The position numbers were made by a program, and so were the translations under genes. From NCBI GenBank assembly GCA_964430945.1, contig CAYSHH010000004.1, forward strand, positions 334 to 64,333: DNA of 64,000 nt. Reading direction: 5' to 3'. The first letter of the stretch is position 1; every line of letters begins with the position of its first letter. Shown piece after piece: positions 60,707 through 64,000 of this stretch. This DNA is from an uncultured Candidatus Saccharibacteria bacterium. Its GTDB lineage: Bacteria; Patescibacteriota; UBA1384; JAMDBS01; CAYSHH01. The notes under the pieces were generated by a model. The model was not told where the DNA came from. It did no database searches and was given only the letters and a program-made list of their open reading frames with translations.

Positions 60707-61282
60707 TTAGGTTTTCTTTTCTCTCATAATAAGATATCCGACAATTGTGCTTGCTACTAGAGCTAAAAGTAGATAAAACCAAATATTTGTACCGGTGGAG
60801 GCCAGTGAATTGATAGAGCTTATGTCAGATGATGCTCCTATTTCATTATCACCAACCATCATTGAATTCATATTTACATTTTCTTCAATAGTACTGGTTT
60901 GTCCTCCGATATCATATGTAATTCTATAGCCCTTGATTACTGGAGTATATTGAGAGGTGCTTTCTAGCTGAATTTTAAATTTAACACGATCGCTTTTTGT
61001 TATTTCACCAACACTATTTAGGTCAATCCTTCCATCACTAAGGCTAAGTGGGCCTGACCAAGTTTCAAAATTACTTTGATTACCAGTAAAGTAAAAATTT
61101 ATTGAAGAATTTTCGGGAATATAAACATCTATTGCTGTAAGTTCCAAAAAGTGCGCATTGTCTTCTCCCATTTCATTTGAAACATATAGTCCAGTGTTCA
61201 TTGGTACTGCATCGGCATGCGCTGTTTGAGAGAAAACCATCATACACATCATTCCAATAGTCATTATAAGAATTTTTTTCAT
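60707..61282 (-). CDS. Secreted surface protein with a C-terminal LAXTG-like sorting signal
   Basis: N-terminal signal peptide. The C-terminus is ...SLASTGTN + hydrophobic helix + REKKT, a LAxTG motif / TM / basic tail arrangement. Confidence 0.4.
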   Translation of the reverse strand: MKKILIMTIGMMCMMVFSQTAHADAVPMNTGLYVSNEMGEDNAHFLELTAIDVYIPENSSINFYFTGNQSNFETWSGPLSLSDGRIDLNSVGEITKSDRVKFKIQLESTSQYTPVIKGYRITYDIGGQTSTIEENVNMNSMMVGDNEIGASSDISSINSLASTGTNIWFYLLLALVASTIVGYLIMREKKT

Positions 61283-61300
61283 ATTTTAATGTTTCCTTAA

Positions 61301-62329
61301 TTAATATCCAAATCCCATATTGAGTTTCTCGTAGCTATTGGTACCAGTAGATCGATAGTATCCAGCTCCGTCTGGCCCCGTTGCATTGTATAGATCGACC
61401 GGCACTTCAAAATGTTCGCCAGTAGAAGGTGAGTATGCATTTTCATATCCCATGATAGCTTCTCTATCTTTTTCGGCTACAGCTGCAATATCAGATCCAG
61501 AAGAGCCTTTATTATTATTTTCTTTATCGGGTCCATCTGCAGTAGAGTACAGACTTTTATTACATTTTATGGATACTGCTGAATCAAACACGATGGCACT
61601 ATTATCTTTCCATAAATTAGCTTCTATAATTCCAGACCTTATGGCAATAATATAATGAGAATCGGGCATTGTAAATGTAGTATAATATGAAAAACCTTTA
61701 ACAGGTTTCTTATTGAATATACCAGTCCAAAAAGCTAGTTTATAATTATTATCCATAGTATATGGCGAACTAGTGTATTTAAAATCAGAAATATTGTTTA
61801 ATGGAATGAAAAACGTTTGAATATATTTTTCAGGAGATGTGCCATCATATTCTAAACTTACTGCATTGGTTACTAATGCTAATAAATATGAAGCGCTCAT
61901 AGTTATATCATTTTTATATGTTTCACAAGCTATACTAAGTGCATCTTCTTTGGTTACCATTGTCCAATTATCAGGAAGATATCCTGAACAACCACCATCA
62001 CTTTTTTGTCGCATAGGGATTGTATTTGATGTCTGTGCTAGTTTGAGATTAGATTTATTATTTTGATTTTGGTTCTCAACTATTGGTGTCACCTTATATT
62101 GACTATCAATGCCAAGCCCTTTAATAATTAATCCTTTTGGATCAAAGTTTAGATTCTCCAAGCTACCGCTTGCCTCCCATTGTGATTGACTCTCGACGGC
62201 TATTGCCTTGACTTCACCTGAGGCAAATATTCCAAATTTTTTATTTTTATATGCCCAAGCGATAATCGAGATGCTAAAAATTAATACCACACTTATAATG
62301 CAATAAATTATTTTATGATTTTTATTCAT
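61301..62329 (-). CDS. Hypothetical N-terminally anchored extracytoplasmic protein
   Basis: One N-terminal TM (IIYCIISVVLIFSISIIAWAY). The remainder is hydrophilic. No family recognised. Confidence 0.35.
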   Translation of the reverse strand: MNKNHKIIYCIISVVLIFSISIIAWAYKNKKFGIFASGEVKAIAVESQSQWEASGSLENLNFDPKGLIIKGLGIDSQYKVTPIVENQNQNNKSNLKLAQTSNTIPMRQKSDGGCSGYLPDNWTMVTKEDALSIACETYKNDITMSASYLLALVTNAVSLEYDGTSPEKYIQTFFIPLNNISDFKYTSSPYTMDNNYKLAFWTGIFNKKPVKGFSYYTTFTMPDSHYIIAIRSGIIEANLWKDNSAIVFDSAVSIKCNKSLYSTADGPDKENNNKGSSGSDIAAVAEKDREAIMGYENAYSPSTGEHFEVPVDLYNATGPDGAGYYRSTGTNSYEKLNMGFGY

Positions 62330-62349
62330 ATTTTGTATTTAATTATTTT

Positions 62350-62934
62350 TTATTGAGTTATCTGTCCAGTATCTAGACAGGTAATTGTTTTAATTTTCCA
62401 ACCATCCTCACCATTTATTAGTTCAAATTCCCATGGTGTTTGCCATTCGCCACCCCAACTGGCTTTAACTTTGACTATCGCTTCCATATTATCATAAATA
62501 TCCTCAGAAGCGATCTTAATCTCATCAGGACCCTGCTGGATACAAAGCGCTTGCGGTATGAAAGCACTATTATCCATTTTTTGTGCAAGTTCATAGCTCA
62601 CTAGGTCTTTGGCAGCTTCGTTGTCTAGCGAAGAGCCGGTAATCGTACCTACCGTATACCACAAGAAATCTTTGGCTACATCAGATGGTGGTAATTCAAA
62701 ATCACTATCCGTTGTTGCAACAGGTATAGGGTTGATATTTGATTTAGTACTTTCGCTTGCAGTAGGTGAAGGGCTTATACTTGCAATAGTATCTTTTGCT
62801 TTATCATACATATACCAGCAGCCAAATCCTGCAAGTCCAGCCAGGATGACAACTACAAGCAATACAATGATTACGATAAGTGCGGTATTTGAGCCACCTT
62901 GTTTTGGCGGTTCACCTTCTTTTTGAGTCGACAT
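62350..62934 (-). CDS. Hypothetical N-terminally anchored protein
   Basis: One TM (ALIVIIVLLVVVILAGLAGFGCW), a Ser/Thr/Pro-rich linker and a roughly 110-aa C-terminal domain. Confidence 0.35.
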   Translation of the reverse strand: MSTQKEGEPPKQGGSNTALIVIIVLLVVVILAGLAGFGCWYMYDKAKDTIASISPSPTASESTKSNINPIPVATTDSDFELPPSDVAKDFLWYTVGTITGSSLDNEAAKDLVSYELAQKMDNSAFIPQALCIQQGPDEIKIASEDIYDNMEAIVKVKASWGGEWQTPWEFELINGEDGWKIKTITCLDTGQITQ

Positions 62935-62961
62935 AATTCCCCTCCTTATTTTTTTGTATAT

Positions 62962-63948
62962 TTATCTCACAAGCCCAATTTTATCTTTTACATCATCCAA
63001 AGTTTTTCTAGCAATTACTCTTGCTTTTTTGGCACCTTCGGCAAGTATTTTATCTAAATAATCTTTGTCTTTAATAAGCTTATTGTATTTATCTTGTATT
63101 GGAGTCAAATTTTCAATAATTAAATTTGCCAGATCTTCTTTAAATTCCTTATATCCCTTACCAACATACTTTTTCTCAATATCTTGAGGTATCAAACCCG
63201 AAAATAAGCTGTAGATTGTCATTAGATTATATAATCCTGCACGTTTGGGGTCGAGATTAATTGTTTTTTCGGAGTCAGTTACTGCGCGAGAAATTTTTCT
63301 CTGAATATCTTCTGGTTTGTCTAACATAAGGATGTAATTATATTGACTGTCGGCAGTCTTTTCCATTTTCTTTTTGGGATCATCAAGTGCCATGATGCGA
63401 GCCCCAGAATCACGAAGAAGAACCTGTGGCAGTTTGAATAATTGACCATATCTATTGTTAAATCTTTTTGCAATATCGCGAGTAAATTCTACATGCTGAA
63501 TTTGGTCTTCACCTACCGGAACAAAATCAGTTTGATATAGGAGAATATCAGCAGCCATAAGAGCTGGGTAGTCGAAAAGTCCAACAGTAGATTTGTCGGC
63601 GCCACCTTTTTGAGTCTTGTCTTTATATTGGATCATTCTCCCAAGCTCACCCATATATGCGTGACAATTTATAATCCATGTAAGTTCTGCGTGCTCTGGA
63701 ATATGTGATTGAACAAAAAAACTAGCTTTCTTAGGGTCAAGACCTGATGCTATGTATAGCGCCAATATATTGTAAGTGCGATCATGCAGTTGTTTTGGAT
63801 CGTGTCCTACGGTGATAGCATGAAGATCGACGATACAGAATATACTTTCATACTGTTCGTATATTTTCACCCAATTTTCAATCGCCCCCAAATAATTACC
63901 AAGAGTCAATTCTCCAGACGGTTTAACACCAGAAAAAATTCGTTTCAT
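62962..63948 (-). CDS. trpS: Tryptophan--tRNA ligase
   Basis: N-terminus FSGVKPSGELTLGNYLGA (HIGH-region equivalent) and the KMSKS-equivalent KKKMEKT. 328 aa. Confidence 0.9.
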   Translation of the reverse strand: MKRIFSGVKPSGELTLGNYLGAIENWVKIYEQYESIFCIVDLHAITVGHDPKQLHDRTYNILALYIASGLDPKKASFFVQSHIPEHAELTWIINCHAYMGELGRMIQYKDKTQKGGADKSTVGLFDYPALMAADILLYQTDFVPVGEDQIQHVEFTRDIAKRFNNRYGQLFKLPQVLLRDSGARIMALDDPKKKMEKTADSQYNYILMLDKPEDIQRKISRAVTDSEKTINLDPKRAGLYNLMTIYSLFSGLIPQDIEKKYVGKGYKEFKEDLANLIIENLTPIQDKYNKLIKDKDYLDKILAEGAKKARVIARKTLDDVKDKIGLVR

Positions 63949-64000
63949 AATAGTACCTTTCTATATTATAATTTACCATAGGCCCATCCATATCTCAAGA

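Noticed and set aside
1-64000. Alternative genetic code (for example UGA=Gly as in some CPR lineages) or CRISPR arrays
   Set aside because: Conserved genes (glyA, folD, trpS, rsgA, methyltransferases) are full-length in standard-code ORFs, so UGA is not read as sense. No short regularly spaced direct repeats were seen anywhere in the window.

Overview
The window is AT-rich (GC looks like low-to-mid 30s %) and appears to come from a small-genome, low-GC bacterium. Full-length conserved genes (glyA, folD, trpS, rsgA) are intact under the standard genetic code. The gene set (serpin, VanW/DUF3006 pair, tandem Nudix genes, many GT-C/GT2/GT4 glycosyltransferases, desulfoferrodoxin) suggests an anaerobic Patescibacteria/CPR-like organism, but that is inference only.

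Layout:
- 1-7.3 kb: envelope glycan genes (GT2, flippase), folD, glyA, a GH1, a desulfoferrodoxin and a polysaccharide deacetylase.
- 8.3-8.75 kb: four tRNAs (three tRNA-Ser isoacceptors and one tRNA-Arg) driven by divergent sigma70-like promoters.
- 8.9-12.6 kb: four Nudix hydrolase paralogs flanking rsgA.
- 12.6-16.8 kb: MarR plus a heterodimeric ABC exporter.
- 17-26 kb: a D,D-carboxypeptidase, a SIR2-like gene interrupted by an in-frame stop, and a Wzx/Wzy-type polysaccharide cluster.
- 26.4-33.8 kb: a markedly more AT-rich defense island. It holds a three-gene restriction-modification module (m5C methyltransferase, Dam-like m6A methyltransferase, HNH nuclease, probably recognising an asymmetric site), a 26-codon relic of a Type IIG/PglX-like methyltransferase C-terminus, and then a Cas4/RecB-like Fe-S PD-(D/E)XK nuclease immediately upstream of a Gabija-like pair (OLD-family ATPase-Toprim GajA and a compact UvrD-like helicase GajB). 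This nuclease-plus-Gabija arrangement is the best candidate for an undescribed variant defense system.
- 34-39.7 kb: YdcF-like protein, an amidohydrolase, a BNR-repeat secreted protein and an MFS transporter.
- 39.9-55.9 kb: a large membrane glycosylation supercluster (three GT39/83-like GT-C enzymes, two polyprenol-phosphate-sugar synthase GT2s with one fused to GtrA, GT4, O-antigen-ligase-like protein, a glycoside hydrolase) with a serpin embedded in it.
- 55.9-64 kb: DUF3006 plus VanW, phosphomannomutase, an inositol monophosphatase with an apparent homopolymer frameshift, three membrane-anchored hypotheticals (one with a LAXTG-type sorting signal) and trpS.

No CRISPR array or transposase was seen.
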